Source: a virus
Reading direction: 5' to 3' (one strand)
Virus record (IMG/VR): IMGVR_UViG_3300009151_003928
Location: 1 to 64,000 of that record
DNA length: 64,000 nucleotides
A program made the position numbers and the translations under genes. Of the stretch, positions 54,691-64,000 are shown piece by piece; position 1 is the stretch's first letter, and the number at the start of each line of letters is the position of its first letter. Below the pieces are notes generated by a model that did not search any database, was not told the origin of the DNA, and worked only from the letters and a program-made list of their open reading frames with translations.

Positions 54691-55798
54691 ATCCAGGTTT
54701 CATCATGTTAATTTGTAATTGTTTATAATCAGAGTCTGACCAACAAAAATCATAAGTTTGACTTATGTCTCCCACTTCAATTTTATATATGTCTAAATGG
54801 TTTTTAAGTATTTGCCAAACTACTTCAGGGCTATTATTACCAAATGAACCGTCTAAGTCAATTTGTCCCATTGGCAAGTACCCAAGACTTAATGTAGGAT
54901 CCGTGCAATCTTTATTATTTTTTTCTAGCCAAGCATAAAAGCCATCTAGTTCGTCGGTGTGCCACTGACACTCTTTGCCACCATATACTGTATCTCTGCC
55001 CCATTCTACATCAAACTCGCCACTATAGTATTTTAACTCATTGATAGCTTCGCATACTGTGTCAGTTAAGTTTGGTGCGTGTTCATCTCTATATACTTCA
55101 AATAGTGTTTTTCCTATTTGTGTCCAGTGCATATATACCCCGCCAAACACACGATCATATCCATTGGTAACAAACCCTTGACGATGTTCAAGTGTCAAGT
55201 TATGTCGTTGTGCTTGTAGAAAAGTAGTAATTTGACTAGGACGTATATACTGTGGTGTTGTTGCTTGTTTGCGCTGACTCAAACATAAGTTCTCCATCTC
55301 GTGACAGATGTTGTTTAGTTGACGTATAGCATACTTTGTTTCGTAGTCAGCCAGTTTGTAGTATTCGCTTAATCCCCACACCGTTCCCTGTAAGCGTTCA
55401 AAGTGATTATGCAACGTGTTCATTACACCGTGCTTAATGCCGAGGCCAAGGTTACTTTCATCCCAGCCTATAGGATATTCGTCTCCAAAGCGTACAGTAT
55501 CAGGAGTAAAGTATTCTTCGATTACGTATGGCGTGGGCCAAATACCTTTACGATTAAATAAATTAATTTTATAAACAGCATCATTAAGTTCTTTACATAG
55601 ATAGCCTAAATTACGTGCTGTATACGGAAATCCCATAAAGCAGAAATTCTTTTCTACAAGATTGCCACGCACAAGTAATGCCTTCAATGCGTTAACCCAA
55701 TCTGTGGCCAGCTGAGTATCATTGGGAACTATTGTATAGTCTACTAAGTCATTTTTATCTAACGGATTACGTAATACTACTTTAATTGATTGAGTCAT
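54668..55798 (-). CDS. Hypothetical protein associated with the radical SAM array
   Basis: N.LH.HFE.L.G, LN...H..E and W.Q.GKT..E...D motifs; overlaps both neighbours. Confidence 0.7.
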   Translation of the reverse strand: MTQSIKVVLRNPLDKNDLVDYTIVPNDTQLATDWVNALKALLVRGNLVEKNFCFMGFPYTARNLGYLCKELNDAVYKINLFNRKGIWPTPYVIEEYFTPDTVRFGDEYPIGWDESNLGLGIKHGVMNTLHNHFERLQGTVWGLSEYYKLADYETKYAIRQLNNICHEMENLCLSQRKQATTPQYIRPSQITTFLQAQRHNLTLEHRQGFVTNGYDRVFGGVYMHWTQIGKTLFEVYRDEHAPNLTDTVCEAINELKYYSGEFDVEWGRDTVYGGKECQWHTDELDGFYAWLEKNNKDCTDPTLSLGYLPMGQIDLDGSFGNNSPEVVWQILKNHLDIYKIEVGDISQTYDFCWSDSDYKQLQINMMKPGYDYSSRR

Positions 55799-57074
55799 AC
55801 CATTCCAGTGCGTCCGGTCTTAAAGACATTATGTCTCTAAAAGTATACACGTCTTTTCGAATTTTTTCAAGTTCTTGTATGCGAGCTTTGCCCTTACGTA
55901 ACCCAGCTTGATATTCTGTGGGCCATTGTTCAGCAAAGGTGGGGCGGGTTTTAAGTTGGACCATTATGTCCCGAAGGGCACCGGGTTCTAAGCCGGCTAC
56001 TATTTCGTCTACCCAAGGATGCAATACATCTTTAGGTAGTGCCAACGGAGACATAATTATGTCCGGACTAAAACTAAAAACTACTTTGGCTAGTACGTCT
56101 ACTCCAAGTTCTTTTGCGAGCGTTTGTATCGCTTGTACTTCAAAGAGTCCTGGTGTAGTAAGAGTGAAATCCATACGGATTTGGCGGCGGTGTTGGCTAT
56201 GCGTAATTCCTTCAATGAAGTTCTTAAGCCACTCATCAAAATTAAGACCTGATCGAATATACTCTCCAATTCGGCCCGTGCCGTCGATGCTTGCACAGAT
56301 TTGCCAGTCACGTAGCCCAGATAGTATGTCCCTATACAGATTAATACCACGATAATTAACACGACTAAGATTTGTATTATACCTAGCGTAAACATTTTTT
56401 CCATCTCCAAGTTCTATAATCCGCTTCATGTATCGCCAATGCTGTTCATACATTAACGGCTCGCCTCCCACCCAATACACCTCTTCCACTCGGTGCTCTT
56501 CAACAGCAGTAGCAAACTCTTGCTCTACCTGGGTGTCTTGAAACTTTTCAATTTCTATTTTGACTTCAGGTTTCATCCAATTATTCTTTGGATTGTTCCA
56601 ATCAATCATATTGTTTTGCCGTTGCTCGCTTTCCCAAGCACTGGACAACATATCCCCACACATTCGACATTTGAAGTTACACAGATTACTAAAACGGTAA
56701 TCCCAGCTTACAGGTTTCATCGTGGTATAACCTGTAATGTCTGTACTCGCCATTGCGTCTAAGTACTTATTGCCAAATAGCTGATTAAAATAACTACGGT
56801 AAACATCTGTGTTTAATAGCTTGTCATTACATACTTCGCACTCGGGCAGGGTCTCTCCAGCCATCATGCGTTGACGTACTGACTTCATGTGTTTGCTATT
56901 CCAATGCTCATCTAGAGTAATTGGTATGTACTTGCCCGTGCCTGCTTGGGTGTCTATATATTGCTCAAAGTTTTGTGCATCTTCGCGGCTAGCACAGCAC
57001 ATACGACGTTCAGTCTGCGGACTTAGATACGTGTGTACCCAAGGTGCCATACATAGTGTTGCTGGCTTATTCAT
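55782..57074 (-). CDS. Radical SAM protein, N-terminal twitch-like cluster
   Basis: CMAPW...MCC...CEVC; SNLCNFKCRMC; GGEPL. Confidence 0.92.
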   Translation of the reverse strand: MNKPATLCMAPWVHTYLSPQTERRMCCASREDAQNFEQYIDTQAGTGKYIPITLDEHWNSKHMKSVRQRMMAGETLPECEVCNDKLLNTDVYRSYFNQLFGNKYLDAMASTDITGYTTMKPVSWDYRFSNLCNFKCRMCGDMLSSAWESEQRQNNMIDWNNPKNNWMKPEVKIEIEKFQDTQVEQEFATAVEEHRVEEVYWVGGEPLMYEQHWRYMKRIIELGDGKNVYARYNTNLSRVNYRGINLYRDILSGLRDWQICASIDGTGRIGEYIRSGLNFDEWLKNFIEGITHSQHRRQIRMDFTLTTPGLFEVQAIQTLAKELGVDVLAKVVFSFSPDIIMSPLALPKDVLHPWVDEIVAGLEPGALRDIMVQLKTRPTFAEQWPTEYQAGLRKGKARIQELEKIRKDVYTFRDIMSLRPDALEWYDSIN

Positions 57075-58281
57075 AACCCATTGCCCTGGCTATTTCAAGA
57101 TGAGTATCCATGAAGTTTTGTTTACGGTAAGCATCTGTGCGTTGCATTTCAAATAAGAAACGTTTACCGTCACTGCCTTGACCAAGTTCAATAAACTTGA
57201 TTACATTATCTATTTCTTGTTGATAATGACGACTAGTCCAAAAGGTTGTTTTTAATTTGTTAAGCACTAGTTCTTTAGCAGTAGGGGTCATATGTTGTAT
57301 GTTCATATACTCCGGGCTGTGCATCATGTTAAAGTAAATGCTAGTCCACGGTTTAGTATCTGCCCAGGCGAGCAGTTCATCTAAGTAATAGACATTTTGT
57401 ATATTAATAGTAAAACATAGTTGTGTAGTAATATTAGAAGCAAAATCAGTTCTTGCAAAATGAGTTTTGTCTATGTTTTCATTTACTTCTTCCCACTTTG
57501 CACCAAATCGTTCGTATTCAAATCGCTTGCCTACGTTATCTATACTAAATGCAATATCTACACGACCAAACTGTGCCCATAGTTTTGTGTAAGGCAACGG
57601 GTTTTGTGTACCATTGGTATTGTAATGTATATCAATGTTACGACTATATCCTTTGTCTGCCGCATATTGTAGCAAGTCAAAGTGTTCCTGAATCATCCAG
57701 GGTTCGCCGCCTGTAAATTCAAAGTACTTAATATTTGGTAACAATGATCGCATGTTATCCCAAAATGTAGTTGTTTTACGTGGCCAGGCGCCTTGCTTTA
57801 ACCAAGTATATGCTAAATGCTTTTTCTTATCTTCGCCCGCTGGCAAGTAATTCATTTCTTCTGTGGCCCAACTGCTACTGGACCAAGAGCCGCATATACG
57901 ACATTTAAGATTACAAATATTACCTAATTTTAAATCTACAAACCATAGCTGGTCAGGATTGTTGTTAGACCAATCAACTTCCTTGTATATTTCTTTTAAT
58001 CTTATTTGACTGTTGATACGCTTACTGTCACGGCCAGCATCTTCTTCGTCCCAACAACGTTTACATGTCTTGGGCTTTTTACCAGCACGAAACTGCTCTC
58101 GTAAGTCTTGCATATATTTGCTATGGTACACAACTTCTAAATTTGTTTTGTTCAGGTCGTACTTGGCACCATTCTCATCGACAATTTCTTCGTCAGCAAG
58201 ACAACAAGGGCGTGTAGTGCCCAATGGACTAGTCTCAACACTAATCCAAGGTAACATACAAATTGTATTAGGTAGCGTCAT
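57067..58281 (-). CDS. Radical SAM protein, N-terminal twitch-like cluster
   Basis: CMLPW...PCC...CKRC; GNICNLKCRIC; GGEPW. Confidence 0.92.
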   Translation of the reverse strand: MTLPNTICMLPWISVETSPLGTTRPCCLADEEIVDENGAKYDLNKTNLEVVYHSKYMQDLREQFRAGKKPKTCKRCWDEEDAGRDSKRINSQIRLKEIYKEVDWSNNNPDQLWFVDLKLGNICNLKCRICGSWSSSSWATEEMNYLPAGEDKKKHLAYTWLKQGAWPRKTTTFWDNMRSLLPNIKYFEFTGGEPWMIQEHFDLLQYAADKGYSRNIDIHYNTNGTQNPLPYTKLWAQFGRVDIAFSIDNVGKRFEYERFGAKWEEVNENIDKTHFARTDFASNITTQLCFTINIQNVYYLDELLAWADTKPWTSIYFNMMHSPEYMNIQHMTPTAKELVLNKLKTTFWTSRHYQQEIDNVIKFIELGQGSDGKRFLFEMQRTDAYRKQNFMDTHLEIARAMGYE

Positions 58282-59503
58282 AATTCATTGCTCGTGCTAT
58301 TTCTGGATGTGTTTCTGCAAAATTTTCATTGCGTAATTTGTCTAGTTGTTTCATCTTAATACGGAACGAAGAACCATCTGTACTCATTGCTCTGTTAATA
58401 AAATCAATTATTTTGTTAATCTCTGGTTTATAAATATTGTTAAATTTTCCATTTTTTAATTTTTCTATTACTAGCTGTTTGGCAGTATCGGTCATTTCAC
58501 CAATGCTCATGTAACCAGGGAAATGTACTAGGCCAAAATGTACGTAATCAAATTTGTGCTGATCAAACCAATTGCATAATTCTTCAAGATAGTAGACATT
58601 TTGTATGTTTACTGTTGCGCTTATCTGAAGTTCTATGTGCGGCAAATGTTTTTTTAATGCTTGAAATTTTATTATGTTTGCATTGACCTTGTCCCAATCT
58701 GCTCCGGATCGTTCTAGATTAAATTGTTTGCCAATTGCATCGATACTAAATGCTATTTCAACACGTTTAAAATTTTTCCATAAGTCTTCTGCACCCTCTG
58801 GGAATATGGTACCATTGGTATTATAAAACAAGTGTTGATATTTACTATAGCCATTATCCACGCTATATTGTAATAGATCAAAGTGCTCTTGTATCATAAA
58901 AGGTTCGCCACCAGTAAAATCTAAGAATTTAATCTTGGGTATTATTGTATAAAGTTCTTCCCAGAATCCTTTACTTGTGCGAGGCCACTCGCCTTCAACC
59001 AACCATGTTTTCTGAATGCTATTTTTACGTTGTTCATATGGTATCTGCATTAAACTTTCTTGGGCCCACTTGCTACTGATCATTGGGCCGCAGATACGAC
59101 ATTTAAGATTGCAAATGTTACCCAGTTTTAAATCCAAATATAAAAAATGTACCGGATCTAGCGTAGTAAAATTTAACATTGGCAATATCATATTCATTTT
59201 ATGTAAATGATTAAGACGTTTGCTAGTTTTTCCTACGGCTTCTTCGTTCCAACAGCGCCGACATCCTGCAGGTTTTTTTCCGTCAATGAACTCTTGTCTT
59301 AGATTTTTCATCCAGTCACTGTGATATATTTCCATGATACTATCTGTAGCAAGGTTATACGGAGTACCGTTGGGACGTTTGATAATATCTTCGCTTATAC
59401 AACATGGTCTGGTTGTTCCGGTAGTATTTGCCGCAATACTAGACCAAGGCAACATACAAGTTGTTGGATGTTTATTTAATGCCACAGGTTTGATTGCACT
59501 CAT
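58268..59503 (-). CDS. Radical SAM protein, close paralog of 57067-58281
   Basis: CMLPW...PCC...CRRC; identical DLKLGNICNLKCRICG; start probably at 59503. Confidence 0.92.
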   Translation of the reverse strand: MSAIKPVALNKHPTTCMLPWSSIAANTTGTTRPCCISEDIIKRPNGTPYNLATDSIMEIYHSDWMKNLRQEFIDGKKPAGCRRCWNEEAVGKTSKRLNHLHKMNMILPMLNFTTLDPVHFLYLDLKLGNICNLKCRICGPMISSKWAQESLMQIPYEQRKNSIQKTWLVEGEWPRTSKGFWEELYTIIPKIKFLDFTGGEPFMIQEHFDLLQYSVDNGYSKYQHLFYNTNGTIFPEGAEDLWKNFKRVEIAFSIDAIGKQFNLERSGADWDKVNANIIKFQALKKHLPHIELQISATVNIQNVYYLEELCNWFDQHKFDYVHFGLVHFPGYMSIGEMTDTAKQLVIEKLKNGKFNNIYKPEINKIIDFINRAMSTDGSSFRIKMKQLDKLRNENFAETHPEIARAMNYDAT

Positions 59504-60461
59504 ATATTTTTCCAGTTGGAACAGTTTTGTCCCAGGATTCTTCAATTTTATTAAACCATGCTATTGCATGTTCTAGTCCGTACTCTATTGCGTTATTTTC
59601 CATTATTAAAGGTTTTAACTGTGCGTTACTTGGACGACTATTACTATGTAAAGGATAGTAGCCCAGCCAGCAACAAGGGTACACTTCGCCGTTGCTTGCT
59701 ACATATACTTCTTGCATTTTTTTAGCATAGCAACTAATTTCTCTATTTTCAGTCTCTGACATAACTGCTATAGTAGGATCAGTTTCGTAATATTTGTAAT
59801 TATTGTATAACTCATCAAAATTAGTTGATCCACGATAGTCGCCAATGGTATGACTTAATCTTTTATCTGATGTAAACACTGGCATAGTATTGCGTCCTGC
59901 ATCAACTAAATCAAATCTACTAAATCCTAAGTCTCTACTTAAACGTTCACACTCATTGATTTGATGTTGATTATGATCAAATTTAATCATTGCCCATACT
60001 GCTTCTCCTCCAGCACGAATAAATTTTTGAGCATTGTCTAGTATAAACTCAAAGTCAGTATTTTGTCTATATAGTTGATGTGTATCACCCAATCCATCTA
60101 AACGAAAATATACGATTGGTTTAGACTTTGCCAGTCGTTCCCATATCTTTGGCTTAGCACTAGCATTGGTACTAATTTCCAAACTTAATTTAGGATTAGA
60201 ATGTACAATGTATTCAACAATTTCTACGCCATCTCTAGCTGTAACAAAATCGCCATAGTTGCCATTGATTTTAAAATTATCTAATTGTTGCAGGAACTCC
60301 GCACTGAATACTTCTTTAAATTCCTCTAGTGACATATCTCGCACAGGATACGTGTCAATGATATCTACACCACGGTAATTGCGTAAGCAATCGGGACAAG
60401 CCGCATTACATCTGGAACTAATTTCTAAATGTATGCTACGTAAATCTTTATAGTTAAGCAT
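59472..60461 (-). CDS. Radical SAM protein, C-terminal SPASM/twitch domain
   Basis: SRCNAACPDC; C-terminal C...GEVYPCC...CNQTC. Confidence 0.9.
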   Translation of the reverse strand: MLNYKDLRSIHLEISSRCNAACPDCLRNYRGVDIIDTYPVRDMSLEEFKEVFSAEFLQQLDNFKINGNYGDFVTARDGVEIVEYIVHSNPKLSLEISTNASAKPKIWERLAKSKPIVYFRLDGLGDTHQLYRQNTDFEFILDNAQKFIRAGGEAVWAMIKFDHNQHQINECERLSRDLGFSRFDLVDAGRNTMPVFTSDKRLSHTIGDYRGSTNFDELYNNYKYYETDPTIAVMSETENREISCYAKKMQEVYVASNGEVYPCCWLGYYPLHSNSRPSNAQLKPLIMENNAIEYGLEHAIAWFNKIEESWDKTVPTGKIYECNQTCGIK

Positions 60462-61791
60462 TTAACGCTGAGAACTCCGGGAAGGTAGACCAAAAATTTT
60501 CACTACGTAAATCATCTAATGTTTTAATTTCTTGTACAAAACGTGGCCATAAGTCACTGCGGTCATTTGCAGTTAGGAAGTTTAAAATACTTTGGAATCC
60601 TACTGTAGCACGACGTAGTTTATCCTGTGGGTCTAACCACTTGATATGTTTTTGATATGCTGGAATAATAACGTCTTGCTTGAACCATTCAGGGAAAATA
60701 TCAATGCGATACCACTCAGGACTTTGGCAAATATTAATATTAAAATCCTTAGGTTCAATTAACCCTAGCTCTACCCACTCTCGATGAAAGTCTAGTATAT
60801 GTAGAATATTCATAGCACTAACTGTAGCACTAATGTAAAAGTCTACGTGTGGTACTTCTGTCATCATACGTCGACGATTGTCCACTGCCTGTGCCCAGTC
60901 TGTGCCTTTACGTATTAGTTCGCCACGAGCATAGCTACCGTCGAGGCTGGCTCCTACATTTACTGTTTCAAACTTTTTCCAGTAATCAAATACGTGTTTG
61001 TCTTTGTAGCGCATTTCACTGAAGTTTGTATTGTAGATTAATCTACAATCTGTTTTATCTTGTTCTAGTAACCGGTCTAATAGGAAATAATGTTCCTTCA
61101 TGATCAATGGTTCGCCGCCAGCAAAGTATACTTGTTCCAAGTTAGGAATGTGCGGTTCCATTTGTTTTTGTATAGTTTCTTCGTCGCCGGCCGCATACTC
61201 TACACGTAACATTTCTCGACCTAGTACATCTGGCTTGCGGTTGTATAGTTTGACATGATCGTTATACCAATTGCTACTAAAAATAGGACCGCAGGTGCGA
61301 CAACTAAAATTACATAGGTTACTAAATCTAATATCCCAGTAACGGATTTTAAACTCGGGGTGTGTGCCATCTTCATGTGTTAGATCAACGTCCTTAATAA
61401 AATGTCCTTGGTTTCTGTTTGCTTCGTTACGCATACTAAAGAAACCGTTTTCTTCTTGCTCATAGCACTTGGTACATTCTGTACAAGGCCGGTCTTCAAG
61501 CATGTTCTTACGCATGGTTTTGTAACCATCTTGGTTCCAAACTTCTTCCATTGTGTTTTTGCGTAAGTCGCCAATTGGATGCCAGTAGTCTGCTAAACAG
61601 CAAGGGTATGTGCGCCCGTCGGGAAAGGCATGCATATGAGTCCATGGCAAGATACAAAATGTCTTGCTTTCTGTTAGTCGTTCTACTTGTTTTTCTGTTA
61701 GGTCTTCTGCATCTATGTAGTAAGGCATCTTACTCATATAATCGTAACCTTTTTTATAAAATGCTTTTTGACGTTCTGCTTTATCTGTCAT
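60454..61791 (-). CDS. Radical SAM protein, N-terminal twitch-like cluster
   Basis: CILPW...DGRTYPCC...CTKC; SNLCNFSCRTC; GGEPL. Confidence 0.92.
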   Translation of the reverse strand: MTDKAERQKAFYKKGYDYMSKMPYYIDAEDLTEKQVERLTESKTFCILPWTHMHAFPDGRTYPCCLADYWHPIGDLRKNTMEEVWNQDGYKTMRKNMLEDRPCTECTKCYEQEENGFFSMRNEANRNQGHFIKDVDLTHEDGTHPEFKIRYWDIRFSNLCNFSCRTCGPIFSSNWYNDHVKLYNRKPDVLGREMLRVEYAAGDEETIQKQMEPHIPNLEQVYFAGGEPLIMKEHYFLLDRLLEQDKTDCRLIYNTNFSEMRYKDKHVFDYWKKFETVNVGASLDGSYARGELIRKGTDWAQAVDNRRRMMTEVPHVDFYISATVSAMNILHILDFHREWVELGLIEPKDFNINICQSPEWYRIDIFPEWFKQDVIIPAYQKHIKWLDPQDKLRRATVGFQSILNFLTANDRSDLWPRFVQEIKTLDDLRSENFWSTFPEFSALNA

Positions 61792-63149
61792 ATTGAATTA
61801 TACCATTCGGTTAATGAGGGAAACGCTTGTGTAAAGTTTTTGTTCCGTCGTTGGTCGTATTGTGTATAGAACTGTTTAAAGTCTCGTTGTAAGACTGATT
61901 GTTCTGCGGCACCCATGTGTGGAGTTTTAACTACATCTAAATAATCTATCAGACGTTGTAGTTGATTAAGTTCAAACTGATGTAGTAACGGATTCTTGCT
62001 GTTATTATCAAACCATGCTTGTAGGCGTAGTTTGTATTGGTGGCGTATTTCGTCTGGGAGTACTAACGGACTTTGAAAACTTGGAAAGCGTAATATATTT
62101 AGCGAAAATGTAGGATAGTCTTTTCCGCACAAGTCTTTCCACTCTAAACATTGATCCAGGAACTCAGGTAAACTATCTAAGCATAGTGCATTAACGGTAC
62201 ACATCATATGGAAGCCTTCTATATTACCGCGTTCCAATACTTTATCTACATTACCGGTCCATTTATCCCACACTAGGCCATCGCGAATATATTCACTTTG
62301 AATACCCACTGCTTCATTGCTTGTGTACAAGTGAAAGTGTTTAAGGCTATGTGATGCATCAATTAAACGATCTATTAAGTCATCCTTTGCACCAAGGTTA
62401 CTATTCATAGCAAACCGCATGTCTGGATTAACTCGATTATCGTTGTTCTTGAACCATTCTAATAGCTTCCACGTGTCTCCCGACATAAGTGGCTCACCGC
62501 CGGTTAATCTTAGCTCCAGTAACGATCTATGAAGGTCAGATTCCCACCACTTAAAGAACGCCTCAACATAAGGATTATACTCACCAAACTTGTAAAGCTG
62601 ACTACTACCATGGCTATGAGTAAAATGATTCCTGCCGTCTGAAGTGAGGCCGGTAAAAGGTCCATTGGTGTCAATATCTTTAACCCAAGTGCTACTGAAA
62701 GCAGGGTTACAGTAACTACACCCAAAATTGCATGTGCGATCAAAAGCAATTTCAAGCGTTCGTAAATCCACATCACTGCTGGCTGGCTGAGCATACGCTG
62801 TCTCCAATTCTTTGTCTGTATATATAACTGTCTTATAAACGCGATCACTAATGTTATCACGTCCTATATCTTCTATCTTCCAGCAGTACTCGCATCCGCT
62901 GGGTCTTTCTCCCTTTTGCATCTGCTCACGTTCCATTTTCTTTTTTTGCGTATTATGTAACGCCTTTGGATTATGTGCAAGATCTTCAACATCAATGGCA
63001 TGTGGCAACGGGTGATGACAACTTGTAGTTTGTCCACTACCTAACCATATCGTGGCATTGTACCATTTGGCTCCGCAGAATGACTCCGACTTAATGTCGA
63101 TTACCCTGCGTTTATATTCTATATCTGTTTCGTTTTTAATTCTGGGCAT
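61788..63149 (-). CDS. Radical SAM protein, N-terminal Cys/His cluster
   Basis: FCGAKW...SCHHP...CEYC; RTCNFGCSYC; TGGEPL; start at 63149 or 63164. Confidence 0.92.
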   Translation of the reverse strand: MPRIKNETDIEYKRRVIDIKSESFCGAKWYNATIWLGSGQTTSCHHPLPHAIDVEDLAHNPKALHNTQKKKMEREQMQKGERPSGCEYCWKIEDIGRDNISDRVYKTVIYTDKELETAYAQPASSDVDLRTLEIAFDRTCNFGCSYCNPAFSSTWVKDIDTNGPFTGLTSDGRNHFTHSHGSSQLYKFGEYNPYVEAFFKWWESDLHRSLLELRLTGGEPLMSGDTWKLLEWFKNNDNRVNPDMRFAMNSNLGAKDDLIDRLIDASHSLKHFHLYTSNEAVGIQSEYIRDGLVWDKWTGNVDKVLERGNIEGFHMMCTVNALCLDSLPEFLDQCLEWKDLCGKDYPTFSLNILRFPSFQSPLVLPDEIRHQYKLRLQAWFDNNSKNPLLHQFELNQLQRLIDYLDVVKTPHMGAAEQSVLQRDFKQFYTQYDQRRNKNFTQAFPSLTEWYNSI

Positions 63150-63999
63150 AGTATCGGCATTCATCCCAAAACTCTTTCATCTGCGGAAAGGTTTCTAGGA
63201 AATTAGTATTGCGACGTTTATCATGTTCATTGAAGAATCTGTAAAAGTCTGCACGTTGCAGTTTAACATAGTCTGGATCTAAATTGCAACCTTCTTTCAT
63301 CCAATCTATGTCTCGACGCATACGCTGTACTTCGTAATCTTTAAATCCATGAAACGGATCATCTGCTGTTTCTAAATTAAGTTCCATCCAGTCAGCTACA
63401 CGTTCTAAATGTTTAGAATATACTGGCGGCAGTATTTGTAAACTTTGCCATTTAGGCTGACGTAACAAGGGAGTATCAAACCAAACACGTTGATAGGTTG
63501 TGCTGTGTTGGCGACGCAAATCTAATATCCACTCGAGTTGTTGTTGTAGGCCTAGTACACTTAAATTATTCATTGTGATAATAAATGTAAGACTATTACG
63601 ATAAGGTATCTCAGTTAAGAAACGCTGTACATTGTGTGCTACTCTTTTGTAATTTAGTCCATTGCGAATATATTCTGCATGGTCTGGTTTCCCGCTATCT
63701 AAACTTACATACTGCATGAAGTGTTCAATTTGTGTATTACATAGATTCTTTACATAGCCCATGTATTTTTCAAATAATGAATCTTCTACACTAAAGTTAC
63801 TAGTAACATCTAAATGCAGTTCAGGATTAGGTAATGCCAACACGTAGTCAAATACTCGATATGTATTTTTATCCATAAGTGGCTCGCCACCAGTCATGCG
63901 GAAATGTTTTAGTTTTGGATAAAGGGTTGGAAACCATTCCCAAAATGCATCGACGTAAGGATTAGGTTGGGAATGTGGTATAGGCCTATTGCGCCCAGT
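63136..63999 (-). CDS. Radical SAM protein, 5'-truncated at the window edge (paralog of 61788)
   Basis: Frame is open to the edge: ...NPYVDAFWEWFPTLYPKLKHFRMTGGEPL; C-terminal DKRRNTNFLETFP. Confidence 0.88.
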   Translation of the reverse strand, partial: TGRNRPIPHSQPNPYVDAFWEWFPTLYPKLKHFRMTGGEPLMDKNTYRVFDYVLALPNPELHLDVTSNFSVEDSLFEKYMGYVKNLCNTQIEHFMQYVSLDSGKPDHAEYIRNGLNYKRVAHNVQRFLTEIPYRNSLTFIITMNNLSVLGLQQQLEWILDLRRQHSTTYQRVWFDTPLLRQPKWQSLQILPPVYSKHLERVADWMELNLETADDPFHGFKDYEVQRMRRDIDWMKEGCNLDPDYVKLQRADFYRFFNEHDKRRNTNFLETFPQMKEFWDECRYYAQN

Positions 64000-64000
64000 A

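Noticed and set aside
64-62860. Numerous short antisense or alternate-frame ORFs in the track (e.g. 64-432, 2341-2712, 36965-37444, 41753-42175, 55918-56355)
   Set aside because: They lie within or opposite well-supported genes or the structured RNA, and have no recognisable motifs; treated as shadow ORFs
1-64000. Alternative genetic code (stop-codon reassignment as in some jumbo phages)
   Set aside because: Long conserved genes are intact under code 11, coding density is high, and TAA, TGA and TAG all terminate plausible genes
1-64000. tRNA genes, CRISPR arrays, IS elements or integrase
   Set aside because: No cloverleaf with T-loop and acceptor stem, no regularly spaced direct repeats and no transposase or integrase motifs seen by eye; a tRNAscan or CRISPR finder run would be the definitive check

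Overview
This window is a fragment of a large dsDNA tailed-phage genome (T4-like replication module, probably a jumbo myovirus). It uses the standard genetic code and is densely coded: mostly + strand up to about 47.7 kb and mostly - strand from about 50.8 kb. Core genes: B-family DNA polymerase, probable sliding clamp, DsbA/GapR-like DNA-binding protein, RNase H/5'-3' exonuclease, DHFR, ThyA, and a MoxR-type AAA ATPase with a VWA partner. Interleaved with these is a very large set of modification enzymes. (i) A 7-deazaguanine pathway: FolE, QueD, QueE, a TGT-fold DpdA-like transglycosylase and a second T-fold protein with the DpdL-type LxxxHRHxF motif. No QueC is present in the window, which points to CDG/7-deazaguanine DNA modification. 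(ii) Nucleotide-sugar and glycan-tailoring enzymes: three NAD-dependent epimerases, a DegT aminotransferase, a PIG-L deacetylase, glycosyltransferases, a carbamoyltransferase, SGNH proteins, a sulfotransferase and an APS-kinase-like fusion. (iii) Nine non-QueE radical SAM proteins, seven of them in one tandem array running off the right edge. The most novel-looking signals are non-coding: a preQ1-I-like pseudoknot with an RBS-sequestering hairpin directly upstream of queD, an unexplained multi-hairpin RNA at about 281-378, a pseudoknotted leader on the polymerase gene, and a repeated palindromic box replacing the -35 element of several promoters. There is also a self-contained ParB/DGQHR + HNH + EHxxP nuclease-like cassette. 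All protein calls come from motif recognition by eye; no database searches were run.
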